A DNA stretch of 64,000 nt. Origin: Eledone cirrhosa. Its lineage: Eukaryota. Location of the stretch: positions 47,802,001-47,866,000 of the forward strand of contig OZ024751.1 in the NCBI GenBank assembly GCA_964016885.1, given 5' to 3'. The notes under the pieces are model-generated. The model ran no database searches. It had not been told where the DNA came from and saw nothing but the letters and a program-made list of their open reading frames with translations. Of the stretch, positions 14,469-26,570 are shown in pieces. The translations under genes and the position numbers were made by a program. Position 1 is the first letter of the stretch. Each line of letters opens with the position of its first letter.

Positions 14469-16279
14469 TTTGGTGTTGAAAGTGAAGAAAGAAAAGCACT
14501 TACCTCTCCGGGTTGTGTAATTTCCATGGCGTCAGGTGTGTTGGGTGGAGGGATGTTTTGTGGTGGTGTGGGGGTACCCGTGTGTGGCGAGGTTGGGGTA
14601 TTAGGAGTTGTGTCGGGGTGAGGGGAGGTTATGGGGAAGTCTTTCAAGAGGACGCGATTTAACGGTTTTAAACAGGGGGGGCTCACGTCCTGTCTAAATT
14701 GTTCTTTTAAGGAACGATAAAGGTCCAGAGGGACCTTTATCATTTTTAAATGGGTGAAGTTCTCTGTTGAGATAAAGTTTGGCCCTTCGGTCTGCACCAA
14801 AGGGCTATTGTTTATTAATTTAAACAGTTTTTTGTTTTCTTTATTTATATATGTGTATTGCAATGTCTTTTTTTTGTGATGCTGTCAATGTTTCGGAGAG
14901 GGGAGGCGCAGATTTATTTTTGTTTGTTGAGGGTGGGGTGTTTTTTATTGGAGTTGGTGTTTGTGTGTGGGTTATTTGTGGTGTGCTGGGTGTGTGCTTT
15001 CTTTTTTTTCTTTTAACTTGTCTGAAGGCTTCTCCTCCTTCTTCTTCAGAAGTTGGGGGAAACTCTTCAGCGCTAGGTGGGAGGGACGTCGTGTCTGGTT
15101 TTTTTTTTGCGGGAGGGGTAGATTTGTTGCTGTTTTTTTTATTATTTGTTTGGAATGCGTTTTGTGGTGGTGGTGGTGCTGTTTGTGTCGTGCTTGTGGT
15201 TGGTAATGGTGGTGATGGTGTTTGTGTTGGTGATGGTGGTGGTGATTTTTGTGTCGAGCTTGTGTTTGCTGCTGGTGGTGGTGATGTGCTTGGTGGTGTT
15301 TGTATTTTGTTTGCTGTGTGTGGTATTAGTGTATTTTTGGAGGTGGGTGGTGTTGGTGTACTGTTTGTGGTGGGTGTGGGCAATAGTCCTTTTTGGGGGA
15401 CACGTTTCGGGCAGTTAGCCTTAATGTGTCCCCTTTCCATGCATAAATAGCATGCTGGTCTTCTCCCCTCTACAATTATATCTATTGGGGTGAGCTCATC
15501 CAGCCAGATGCGATCCGGGATTTGTGCTATTCTTTCGGGCCTCATTTGGACTAGTAGGTCGAGGCCCATTCCCAGAAACGCATCTCCGGATGCCTTCCCC
15601 ATTGACAGCACTGTGTCCTCGCCCATGTCTATGAAGCCAGCAATAGCCCACCAGAAGTCCATTGTGGGCAGCATTGTTTGTATTTTTACTCTCTGTGTTC
15701 TTCTACCCATGTAGGAGGGATAGAAGCTGTATGTTGTCGATGTGAGTGGGCTTATGGAAAGCTTCTCCGCCGTTTCCTTGTCTTTTGTTAAGACCGAAAT
15801 GCTGCCATAGAGTCGGTCCTTTCGTATGAAGAGAATATTCTTCATATAGTCTTTTAGGACCAACTCTATCTCCATTTGGCTGGGCTGTGCTGGCTTTCTT
15901 GTTTCGTTTAGGATTGTTCTGAAGAGAACTGTGTTCTCGGTTCTCGTTTTCTTGAATTCTGGGGGGGAGTTAATGGAAAACATTCCATTTTCCCCAAAAC
16001 AATGTGTTTCTTTGCTTCGGCCAGTTTTTCTCTGGCGGCCGTTAGGTCAATTGGTGTGTATGTAATGGATTGTTTTGTTTTCTGGGCGAAAGTTGCCCTG
16101 TTGTTATTTGTATTATTTTCTGTTTGTTTGTTTTCCGTTTGCTCATTTTCCTTAACATTTGTTTTTTCATTTTCTTTGTTTGTTTCTTTGTCTAATTTTG
16201 TTGTAATGATTTTTTGTTCTTCAGACTTGGGGGGCGTGGCAGAGCTAATGGCAGACATGTCTGCCATCTTTTCCGCCAT
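14465..16279 (-). pseudogene. ORF1 (gag-like, CCHC zinc knuckle) of Tx1 copy 2; frameshifts near 15980 and 14865
   Basis: VEGRRPACYLCMERGHIKANCP; P/T-rich linker; homology to ORF1 of copy 3. Confidence 0.85.
14496..14506 (-). promoter_or_regulatory. Candidate 5' splice site GAG|GTAAGTGC at the end of ORF1 (copy 2)
   Basis: Perfect consensus; the identical AGGTAAGTGC occurs at 20170-20179 in copy 3 in a different codon phase. Confidence 0.55.
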
Positions 16280-16738
16280 GCTGCCAAGAACGAAATTTTT
16301 CGGCAAAATTAGATATTTATTTTACCCCCTAAAAAGGGGGTAAATGCAAAAATGTTTCCCTAAATAACAGGGGTTAGTGTTCCAAATGTGTTGCACTGAA
16401 AAATTTATCCGGTACTTACATTAGTAAGGGTAAATCCCGATAGAATAGCGGAGCCGATGTGAAGCGTGTCTTACTCTATCAAGATAGATAGATAGATAGA
16501 TAGATTTCTTTATTAGCCGCAAGGGCGCACAAGAAAAGGGGATAATACAAAGACATGCCGGGGATTTTACATACAGTCGTGTAAAAAATATAAAAACAAA
16601 CAATTACAACAATTGAAATCCCCAATAGGGGGGAGGCGCCACAAATGGGTTGTTTAATACTCCGTCAATAGAACAACCCCCAACTCCAGGAGCGTGTTGT
16701 GCAAGTGCTCCTTTCTTCCTTTTGCTCACTTTCTCAAC

Positions 16739-19700
16739 CTACAGGCTTATAAATATAGAAGGCCCAATCACTCAGGCCATTTTCGCTTCAGTCACCCACC
16801 TTTCAGTAAATTTACTGGGGTGCAGTGCCTCTCTCTCCACCCTGATTCTCCTTCTAAAGTGATACTTAAAGAAGGGAATCAATTGTTGTCCGGAGAGAAA
16901 GGCATCTGTCCTCAGTCCTCTCAACCTCGTCCACCATATAACTTCTTTCACCATAGCCACTGTACAGAGGAAAACCGCCTCTCTTTCGTTTTTGAAAGAG
17001 GCTGGTGGTTTGATCCTTACTATGGACTCGGCAGTCAACTGGATTTGTCCCATACGCAACAGCAGTTGTTCTGCATAGTTCCACAGGTCGGTTACGTCCG
17101 GGCAGTGTACAATTGCGTGCAGGACTGTTTCAATGTCCTGCGCGCATCTTGGACACGTCCTGTTGGAAGGATCCCTGCCGGGGCGTCCGTGCCTGTAGAT
17201 CTTGTCACGAACCGGTAGAGCTCCTCGGTAGCACTGCCAGGTCAGGGACCTCTGGAAGTTGTCCATAGGTCCCGGGCGGAAAGTCCTACCAAACAGACTC
17301 ATCGTCTTCGACGCCCAGAGTCTCTCCGAGCACGTCGTCGCCCTTGTAACGTACAATCTCCCTATAGAATGTCGAAGTGGAGTCTCCACTGATTGCTGCG
17401 CCCGCTTGCCAGAGGACTGTGAGCGCCTGAGCGCATTCAATGTGCCAGGCGCCCATCGTTTTCGGTTTTTCTTGACCCAGGACTGCAGCTCCGTCAGCGA
17501 GACGAGCTGTGGGAAAGCCTGTCTCACAAACGGTGCCCACACCGGTTGGGGGTCGGTGAGGAATACCTGGAGGTACCGCAGCCTCAGCACATGTTTGCGC
17601 ATCATCAGCCACGGCATTCCCAGCCCTCCGTTGGAAGGGTGCTGACAGCAGACAGATCTCCTCACCAGCGGAGCCTGCTTCTTCCACAGAAACTGGAAGA
17701 GCATGCGTTCCATCTTGGCGAGGTGTTCACGAGGACAAGGCACGACAGTAAAGCGGTAGTAGATTACGGACGCTATGAAAGTGTTCGCCACCTCCGCTCG
17801 ACCTTTCAAGGACAATTTGCATTCTGCCCACTTCTGGGTGAGTGCAAACACCTTGGCCGTAACCTCGTTCCAGTTGTTCTCCACCTGGAGGTCTGGACCG
17901 AACCAAACCTCGAGCAATTTCACCGGTCCGTCCGTCCAGCGTCCAACGACGCTGTCGGACGTCATCGGTTTGCCTCTCCACGTACCGAGTTGCAAACCGA
18001 CAGACTTGTCCGGGTTTAGTTTTGCTCCCGTCAGCGTTTCGTATTCTTTCAGTAAGTTGCCGATCACCCCGATTTCCGAGGTGCTCGACACCATTACCGT
18101 CACGTCGTCGGCATAAGCCGACACCGCTTTGCGCAGTTCCGGTTCTAGAGGTATGCCCTGCAACAGCTCCAATTTCCGCAGAAGTGGCTCTAGAGTCAAT
18201 ACATACAGAATGGAGGAGAGAGGGCACCCTTCTCGAATGGAACGCGTGATTGCGAACGGCTCCGACAGGTAGCCGTTCACCTTGACCCTCGAGCATATGC
18301 TGGTGTGCATCGCCTCGATCCAGCCTCTGAACACGAGACCGAAACCGGCCGCCTTGAGAACCGCTTCCAAGTATCGATGGTCGACCCTATCGAATGCATT
18401 AGACTGATCCAAATTGATCAGAGCCCCACTGAAGCCGGGTTTACTACCCACCCTCTCTATGATGTATCGCATGAGGTGGAGGTTGTCGTGTATGGACCTG
18501 GTCTGGATTGCACACGTTTGCGCTTTCTCTACCAGGTTCTCGACGACAAGCGCCAACCTCGTCGCTAACACCTTGGCCAAATCTTTAACTCTGTGTTGAG
18601 CAGCGTTATGGGCCTGAAGTTGTTAATTTCGTCCCCTTGTTCTCCTCTTTCCTGATCAGCGTTACTACGCCCTTGCCTGCAGAACTGGGAATTCTCCCGT
18701 TCTGCTGCCAATTGCAGTAGACGGCTTCGAGGACGCCAGAGAACAAGTCCGGCATGCCTATGTAAAACTATGTAGACCATCTAGACTGGGTGACTTGCGT
18801 TTCCCGCAGCGGCCCAGAGCGTCCCGTAGCTCAGAGTCCGTGATAGGACTTTCGCAGAACTCGGCGTCCGTGTTCGAGAGACGCGGCAGGCCGTCGAGGT
18901 ATGAACTAAAGTCCATTGCCCGTTCGTCTCACCGTCGTTCTGCTCAAACAGTCGCGCAAAGTGCTGCTGAAAGGCCGCGCACATTTGTTTGGGGTCAAGT
19001 AGCACGCGTCCGTTTTGGTCTTTCAAAGACCGAATCGTCACTTTTTGCCTCCGCCACTCGGGCCCAGCTAACAGCTTTCGTTCCTTCGTTTCCTAAAGCA
19101 CGTGTTTTGCTTCTGACCACGCAGCCTTCGTGTTTCGCATCGAAGAACTGGTCCAGTGCCGTTCTCGACGCTAACACTCTAGCCGCGTTGCCACTTCTAA
19201 GTGCCTCCTCTACCTTGGCTACTAGTTCTCTTTCTATTCTGTTTTTCTCTAAGGTTAACTCTCTGCTATACTCTATCGATTCTATTCTAATCGCTTTCTT
19301 GAGAGAGTACCACCATCTATTGTTGACGATGGCTCCCGTTAACTGTTGCTTGACTAGTCTACTTATCCGTTCACTGTAAGCTTTACGTGCCGGCAACGAC
19401 ACGTTCAGCTTCCAGTATCCGGGACCCTGTCTATGTATTCTATCACGGTTGACTAAGCAGACGACTAACTTGTGATCTGAATAGGCAACCATGTGCATTC
19501 GTGGACAGCTTAACATCTCCTTGTCCCTTTCTCTAATGAAGAACCTATCTAAATACGATCTAGATGTCCCGCTGCGGTTTGCCCACGTCCACTGTGGTGC
19601 AGTCGGGAAATCCAGTCGATACCTATCGGCCAGTTGGAATTGGCCGATTAAAGTTTTGAAGCTGTTGCACCCCGCTCTACTGGGAGATGCTCCCACATAG

Positions 19701-20131
19701 TCCCATTGTACATCTAGGATACCATTCCAGTCCCCCACTAAAAGTAAGGAGCGAGACGTTCCCAGAAAAGACTCTAGACGCTTAAAGATGTCTGGCCCTG
19801 ATTGCGATTGCCCGGTCGGGGCATAAACGGCCACCAGTCTGAAGGCTCCACCTCCAATACTGTTCACGTCTAGGACTACCAGTCTACCCTCCAGGTCCAA
19901 GTGTACTTGCTGTACTTCGACGTCCAGGTTCTTCCGAAACATGACAGCCACTCCACCTCCACCTCCTGGCTGACAGAGAGATGCGTAGATCTGAAAGTCG
20001 TTGTGGATCCTGGACTCGGTGATGGCTATCACATCCATACTGTGTGAACTAAGGTCGTTTAAAAGTTGGTACTGTTTCCAGGGCATCCCTAGGCCACGCA
20101 CATTCACGGTTCCAACTCGTAAACTAGCCAT
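16739..20131 (-). pseudogene. ORF2 (APE + RT + zf-RVT) of Tx1 copy 3 with several frameshifts and a premature TGA at 16772
   Basis: MASLRVGTVNVRGL, GDWN, SDHK, NFRPITLLN, YADD, CPRCAQDIETVLHAIVHC; the homologous stop is at 16739-16741. Confidence 0.9.
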
Positions 20132-20173
20132 GTTGGTGAAGAAAAGTTAGAAAAAAAGGACGAAAACATGCAC

Positions 20174-21980
20174 TTACCTTTTCGTTTCCTGGAGATCGGA
20201 TTGTTCAATCTCCATTTGGGTGATGGATGGGGTGTTGGGTGGGGTGGGGAAATATTTTAACAGGACGCGGTTGATGGGTTTCTGGCAGGGGTTGCCCAGG
20301 TCCTGTGAAAATTTATTTTTTAGGTCACTATAGGTCTCCATAGAAACCCTTATAAGTTTAAGGTGTGGAGACGATTCTGCCTTGGCGAAAGCTTTGCCCT
20401 CCGTCTCCACCTTGGGGTTTTGGGAGATGACCTCCATCAAATTCTTGTTGTTTGTGTTGATGTATGCGTATTGTTGCTTGTGTTTTTATTGTGTTGTTTT
20501 AGTTTGTTGTTCGTCCGGGAGTTTTCTTTTTATGGTGGGTGCTTGTGTTTGGGGTGGTGTTGGTGTTGGTTTTGCTGATAGGGGGATGTTTGACTGTGGT
20601 ATTGTTTGTGTTGTTGTTTGTGTCTGTGGTTGTGTGTTGGTGTTGGTGATTGGAGTTTTGGGGGTTTTGTGGTGTCTCTTTTTTTGCTTTTTAGATTTCC
20701 GCGGCTCTCCCTCTTCTTCACTTAAAGAAGGAGAAGCAGCTTCATCCGTCGATGAATAATTATCGTCAGGTGTGTGTGTGGTAGGGGTATGTTGTGTGGT
20801 GGTGGTGTTTCGGTGTGTGTGTTTGTGGTAGTGTTTGATGGAGTGGGGCTGTGTTCTTCAGGGGTGTTGTCTCTGTTTTTTCTGTTGTTGGTTGAGTGTC
20901 TGTTTGTTTTGGTGTGGTTGCCCGTTTCGTCTGTCGTTGTACTTGTGCTGGTGGTGGTTGCTTTGGTTTTGGTTTTGGTAACAGTGTTTTCTTTTGTATT
21001 GCTTTGGTTGAGCGTGTTTGTAAAGGGCAGGAGGCCTTTAGGTGTGTGGTGCTATTGCAACGAAAGCAATGTGGTTTTCGTCCCTCAACTACAATGTCTA
21101 TGTGGCTGTTGTTGTCCACCATCACTTTTTCTGGTATTTTGGAAATTCTTTCCGAGCTCATTTGCACCAGAATCTTCAAATTTGTACCAGACCAGGTGTG
21201 TCTGGTTGACTTTTTGATGGAGAGAATAGTGTCATTTCTCTCCTCTAAAAATCCTGCCAATATCCACCAAATATTAATATTTGTTGGTATGTTTGAAACT
21301 CTAATTTTTTGTGTCCTTTTTCCCAGGTATGTAGGGAAAAAGTTGTATTTTTGTGACAGTATTGACGTCAATGAATATCTTTGTGCAAGGGCCTCGCTTT
21401 TGAGGAGTACCGAAATAATCCCGTACTGTTTGGCCCCCTGCATAAAGTCAATGTCTGGCAATATCTGTATTAAGGTTGCCTCAATTTCCCCTTGACTGAG
21501 GAATGCTGGTCTTTTTGTTTCATTTGAAACAGTTCTGAAGGTGATTGTCCTTCGAAATGTTTCCAGACGAATTTCTGGGGGTGAGTTTATCTGAAATCCC
21601 CCGTTTTCACCGAAAGTGATAAACTCCTTTGCTTCAGAGAGCATCTGTTTCGCATTGGAGATATCGCGATCCGTGAAACCTTCTGTCTTGGTGACTCTTT
21701 GCGCAAAAGTTTTTTGGTGTTGTTGTTGTTGTGGTTGTCGGGTTTTCCGTTTGTAGTTGTGTGAATTGTTTTGTTTTTTTTTGTTGATTTTAGTGTGTTG
21801 TATACTGTGTGGTTCACTGTGCGATTCAATTTTGTTTGTGTTGTCTACTTCACTTTCGTTACACAAAGCTTTGTTGTTAACTACCTCGATACAGGCAGAA
21901 TTTTTAGCAACGTTAAAGTCTATTTCTTTTCTTTTTCCTTCTTCAACGTTCGCTCGCGTTCCTTGAACGCTTGCCATAGC
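20174..21980 (-). pseudogene. ORF1 (CCHC zinc knuckle) of Tx1 copy 3, frameshifted in the low-complexity linker
   Basis: VEGRKPHCFRCNSTTHLKASCP; C-terminal block homologous to copy 2. Confidence 0.85.
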
Positions 21981-22213
21981 TGATGGCAAAATATTAAAAA
22001 TGTTTAAACAGTTTTCAAATTAATTTCAAATTAAATTTTCGCCCCTTTGGGGGCGAAAAATAAGATTGCCACCCAGCTGACAATTCAGCCTGGAGGTTAA
22101 TCTACAAAACGATGTTTTTTTTAAACAAGAATTTCTGTTTTTTGTAAATAAATTGACAGAAACTTACGAGCAAAATTGTGTGCGTCCAGCTACCAAGAGA
22201 GATAGATAGATAT

Positions 22214-22442
22214 GTTTCTTTATTAGCCACAGGGGCACAAAAGAAGGGGACAAATACAAAGGGAGAAGTTTACATACAATAAAAACGCGTAAAATATTAT
22301 CACAAATGCAATTTAAAAATTAGTCGACTTTCCCCAATAGGGGGAGACAGTTCATATGAGTAACACATACCCCCGAAAAAATGTGCAACCCTCATCTCCA
22401 GGAGTACGAAGAGTTTGTACCCCTTTCCTCTCCTCCTCTTTT
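22214..22442 (-). mobile_element. Tx1 copy 4, 3' UTR-only fragment
   Basis: Homologous 3' UTR ending GGCTAATAAAGAAA, flanked by (GATA)n. Confidence 0.85.
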
Positions 22443-22470
22443 AGATATAGATAGATAGATAGATAGATAT

Positions 22471-22668
22471 ATTTCTTTATTTACCATAAAGGCATAAAAA
22501 GAAGGGACAAATACAAAGGGGGAGTTTACATACAATCGAGTAAAAAGGGTATAAAAGGAAAATAATCGAAAATAACCTCAAAAGGGAGGGGACGTGATGG
22601 GGGTTGCACACACCCCCGAAAAAGTGTGCAATCCTTTGCCCGAGGAGCACATGGAGAAGGTGCTCCAA
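22471..22668 (-). mobile_element. Tx1 copy 5, 3' UTR-only fragment
   Basis: Close to the copy 2 3' UTR; followed by (GATA)n at 22670-22719. Confidence 0.85.
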
Positions 22669-22669
22669 T

Positions 22670-22719
<50 letters not shown>

Positions 22720-23365
22720 GGGAGAGAGCTTACAACTAATGTTAAAGAAATGCTATGAATAACAAGGACCGATTTTACTCATTTGAATATCAGACTATTT
22801 CATAGTAAGGCGTTCAATATGGCTGAGACGTTAGAATGTTGAATATTTCTACTTTGTTATTGTTCTGGGTTCAAATCTCGCCAACGTGCTCATTGCCTTT
22901 CATCGTCATTCCGGGGCAGCCCTTCATATTTGAGGGTCATCCGGTCAAAATAAAGGAGGGGGTCAACTGTATATGTGCCCGTGTCTGATTGTGACTGTAT
23001 GGCCATGTAAATCTCTTGGCGAAAGCAGAGTAAATACCCGAATACGGGTAGGCGCTGTAACTTTTGTTTCTGTATATATTTGATAACAGTGTTTATTAAT
23101 TAACTAAAGTACCAGTAATGCACTTGGGTCGATTTAATCATTGACTCCCCCACCCTTTTCCGCAAAAGTGTTAGTCTTGTGCCTAAATGATAAATCATTA
23201 ATTAACTAAGGTAGTGAAACAGAGTGTATGAGATAAATTATTAATTAGAGTACCTGAGGCGTGCTCTGTGGTTTACTCGAAGGATATTCCTCTTCAGAAC
23301 AAACCGAAGGACTGATCGACTAGTTTCCTTTGGTTATTAACTGATATATACACATCTACAGCAAG

Positions 23366-23415
<50 letters not shown>

Positions 23416-23416
<1 letters not shown>

Positions 23417-23515
23417 AGTGGGTGTAACTAGGAGTTACTGCAGGTTCACCCGGGTGAGCACTCGATGTTTAGGTTCACTTCTGTGATGATGTGTAATCGT
23501 CCTTTTTATCCTTTC
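23416..23515 (-). mobile_element. PLE-like 3' terminus in (TA)n
   Basis: Minus strand TCGAGTGCTCACC...GTTACACCCACTGG-(TA)n; similar to 30085-30135 (TGAGTATTCACC...GTTACAC). Confidence 0.4.
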
Positions 23516-23536
23516 TCTCTCTCTATATATATATAA

Positions 23537-23587
<51 letters not shown>

Positions 23588-24017
23588 TGTTTAATTAGAT
23601 ATGGTTCTTTAGAGTCTCAACTAGTTATTAAAATATAATTTTTAATTTATCCGATATTAATGTTTTATTTCTTCGTTTCTTATTTATTTGGACTATTCTG
23701 ATTTCAAAGACGCCAATGTTTTCTGTGTATGTTATTGTTGTTGTTGTTGTTGTTGTGGTTGTTGTGGTTCTTTGTTTTCACTTTTCTCTTCATTGTTTAT
23801 ACTCCTCATCCTCACCCTCCTCACCCCCCCCCCCCCTCCTCATCTTCACCATCCTCTCCCTCACCCCCTTCATCCTCTCCAACCTCTTCTCTTTGTCATT
23901 CTATTGTTCGTCATCTCTGTTATTATCACCGACATTTGAGGTTTTCTTATTCATGTTTGCCTTTTTTTCTTATTCTTTTTTCTTCTTTCATTTCTCCGTC
24001 TTTTCAGCTTCTTACGA

Positions 24018-24297
24018 CAGAGAGAGAGAGCGAGAGAGAGAGAGGAGAGAGAGAAGAGAGAGAAAGAGAAAGAGCGAGAGAAAGAGAGAAAGGGAGAGAG
24101 AGAGAGAGATAGGGCGGGAGAGAGAGAGAAACAGAGCCAGAGAGAGCTAGAGAGAGAGCGAGAGAGAGAGAGAAGAGAGACATACAGAAAAAAAGAGACA
24201 AACAGACATACAAAGAGAAAGAGCGAGAGAGAGAGAGAAAGGGCGAGAGAGAGAAAGGGCGAGAGAGAGAAAGGGCGAGAGAGAGAAAGAGAAAAAT

Positions 24298-24383
<86 letters not shown>

Positions 24384-24416
24384 CGAGAGAGAGATAGGGA
24401 GAGAAAGAGAGAGAGA
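24018..24416. repeat. Degenerate (GA)n tract
   Basis: Direct inspection. Confidence 0.95.
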
Positions 24417-25001
24417 TATCATACCACCACACAATGGTGGTATTACAGAAAGGAAATCAGCAATTGTGTATGTGTGTATGTGTGTATGTATGTGTGTGTG
24501 TGTCTGTATGTGAATGTTTGTCTGTATGCGTATTTGCGTATCTATATGTATGTGTTTGTCTCTCTCTCTCTATATATGTATATATGTGTAGGTGTTTGTC
24601 TCTCTCTATATATATATGCGGCGATGAATTAGTTTTGCGAGGTTTTTTATATGAAATCGTGTGTCGAAACAGATATTGTTATATTTGGGGAGGGTCATAT
24701 TTGCGTAATATTGCCAGAATTAATAACAGAACACAATCACTGTTTGGTTGGTTTTCGCTTCTCGCTTCTGTGTCTTTTATATCGGTAATCTAACTTACTC
24801 GGTCCTCAATGTTGCCATTGACTGACCGACGGTCAAAAATAATACAGATACAATATAGACACAAACACATATATATAGTTTACATAATTTACATAAATCT
24901 TTCGTTGCACATCTGCAACATCGTCAGTGGTGTTATATTCATTGTTCCTCCTGTTGTGTTGTATGTCTACGCCATTTTTTTTTTTTTTTTTTGTTCAGTC
25001 T

Positions 25002-26297
25002 GAGAAAATCTACACCCAAAATGAGGGAGCAGCCATCGGCGTCAGCATAGCTGGTGATGTTGCCAACCTTTTCATGGTATGGTGGGAAAGGAGACTTAAA
25101 GATCTTAATGAAAGCTCCATAGACCTCATGTACTCTCGTTATGTAGACGATATCAATATAGTTATAAGAACACCCCCACTAGAGAGCACTAACAAGTTTG
25201 ATTTAGAACGTAGCACGATGGAAAGCATCCAGCAGATAGCTAATTCCATACACCAGAGTATAACTGTAACTATAGACTTCCCTTCCAAACACCCTAACAA
25301 TAGACTACCTGTATTAGACACAGAACTCTGGATTAACACTATAGACGAGAGAGCCCAAATTCTCCACTCACACTATGCTAAACCCATGGCCTCCAAATAC
25401 CTGATACTCAAAAACTCAGCAATGTCCAGTAGTGCTAAGTTTAATATTCTGATCGCAGATTTGGTACGAGTGATGAAGAATGTGTCCAGCATGTGCGACC
25501 CAACAGAAATGGAAGGACACATCCAACACTTCATCAACTGCATGCAGTTCTCTGGCTACAACCAAAGAGACAGAGTCAGAGTATACGAAGGAGCCATGGA
25601 AAAGTATAAGACCCTCATAGAACTGGACATGAAAGGAATTTGCCCACTATACAGGAGCAAATCATGGAATAGCTTAGATAGGGCTAGACATAAGATAGGG
25701 AAGGCCACATCATGGTACGACAACCAGAGATATCAGAGTGTCATGTTTGTGGACGCCACCCCTGGAGGGAAATTAGCTAACCAGTGTAGAAAGGCCCTGA
25801 GAAAGACCCACTTAAAAATAAAGGTGGTAGAAAAGCCAGGAACCACCATAAAATCCCTGATCAGCAAAACCTACCCTTTTAAGAAAACCCACTGTACCAA
25901 TAGGAAATGTATCATTTGTAAGGTGAACCCCCGGATAAACTGTAAAACTAGAAACGTAGTCTATAGCATAAGATGTACAGAGGGTACTTGCAGAAACATG
26001 ACAACAACATACATAGGTGAGACAGCTCGTAGCATAGGTGAAAGGATAGACCAACACTGGGGGGAACTAAAAGGACGAAAAAACGGGTCAGTACTATACG
26101 AACATGCTAGACAACAACATGACGGTAACATAGACAACATAGAAATTAGAATAATATCTAAACATAGGAATGACCCAGCAGATAGGCAAATCAGAGAGGC
26201 CAGTGAAATAGAAATTAGAAGACCAAAGTTAAACAGAAAGAATGAGTGGAACAACAACAACACCCAAACAAACAACACTGACCTAAGAGAAGTATAA
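25002..26297 (+). CDS. C-terminal part of PLE protein: RT (from the QxxG motif), thumb, Cys-rich linker, GIY-YIG endonuclease; motif pattern most like the Nematis group
   Basis: QNEGAAIG, YSRYVDD, LPVLD, HYAKPMAS, CxxxxCxxC, NVVYSIRC...YIGETARSIGERIDQH, RQIREA, LNRKNEW. The first 25 codons of ORF 24927 derive from the inverted pLTR. Confidence 0.88.
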   Translation, partial: EKIYTQNEGAAIGVSIAGDVANLFMVWWERRLKDLNESSIDLMYSRYVDDINIVIRTPPLESTNKFDLERSTMESIQQIANSIHQSITVTIDFPSKHPNNRLPVLDTELWINTIDERAQILHSHYAKPMASKYLILKNSAMSSSAKFNILIADLVRVMKNVSSMCDPTEMEGHIQHFINCMQFSGYNQRDRVRVYEGAMEKYKTLIELDMKGICPLYRSKSWNSLDRARHKIGKATSWYDNQRYQSVMFVDATPGGKLANQCRKALRKTHLKIKVVEKPGTTIKSLISKTYPFKKTHCTNRKCIICKVNPRINCKTRNVVYSIRCTEGTCRNMTTTYIGETARSIGERIDQHWGELKGRKNGSVLYEHARQQHDGNIDNIEIRIISKHRNDPADRQIREASEIEIRRPKLNRKNEWNNNNTQTNNTDLREV

Positions 26298-26570
26298 ATA
26301 AGTAAATAAAATTAAATAAAATAAGATAAATAAATACATATACAAGCACATAAACACACACTAGTCACCCAGCAGACACAACACTATACACACTAGTCAC
26401 ACATCACACATAACACTATACACACACGCAAACGCATGTGCAAAGAAGACAACATAAAATAAGATAAACAAACAAGCAAATAAATAAATAAATATATAGA
26501 CAGACTGAACAAAAAAAAAAAAAAATGGCGTAGACATACAACACAACAGGAGGAACAATGAATATAACAC

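Larger units (their letters stand above)
10803..16481 (-). mobile_element. Tx1-clade L1 retrotransposon copy 2, full length (~5.7 kb)
   Basis: 5' UTR, ORF1, ORF2 and 3' UTR, bounded on both sides by (GATA)n. Confidence 0.92.
16505..22196 (-). mobile_element. Tx1-clade L1 retrotransposon copy 3, full length, diverged subfamily
   Basis: Same architecture as copy 2; (GATA)n at 16482-16504 and 22201-22212. Confidence 0.92.

Noticed and set aside
24809-25003. Duplicated ORF MLPLTDRRSK (also 26416-26691)
   Set aside because: Antisense reading of the PLE pLTR, duplicated only because of the inverted repeat.
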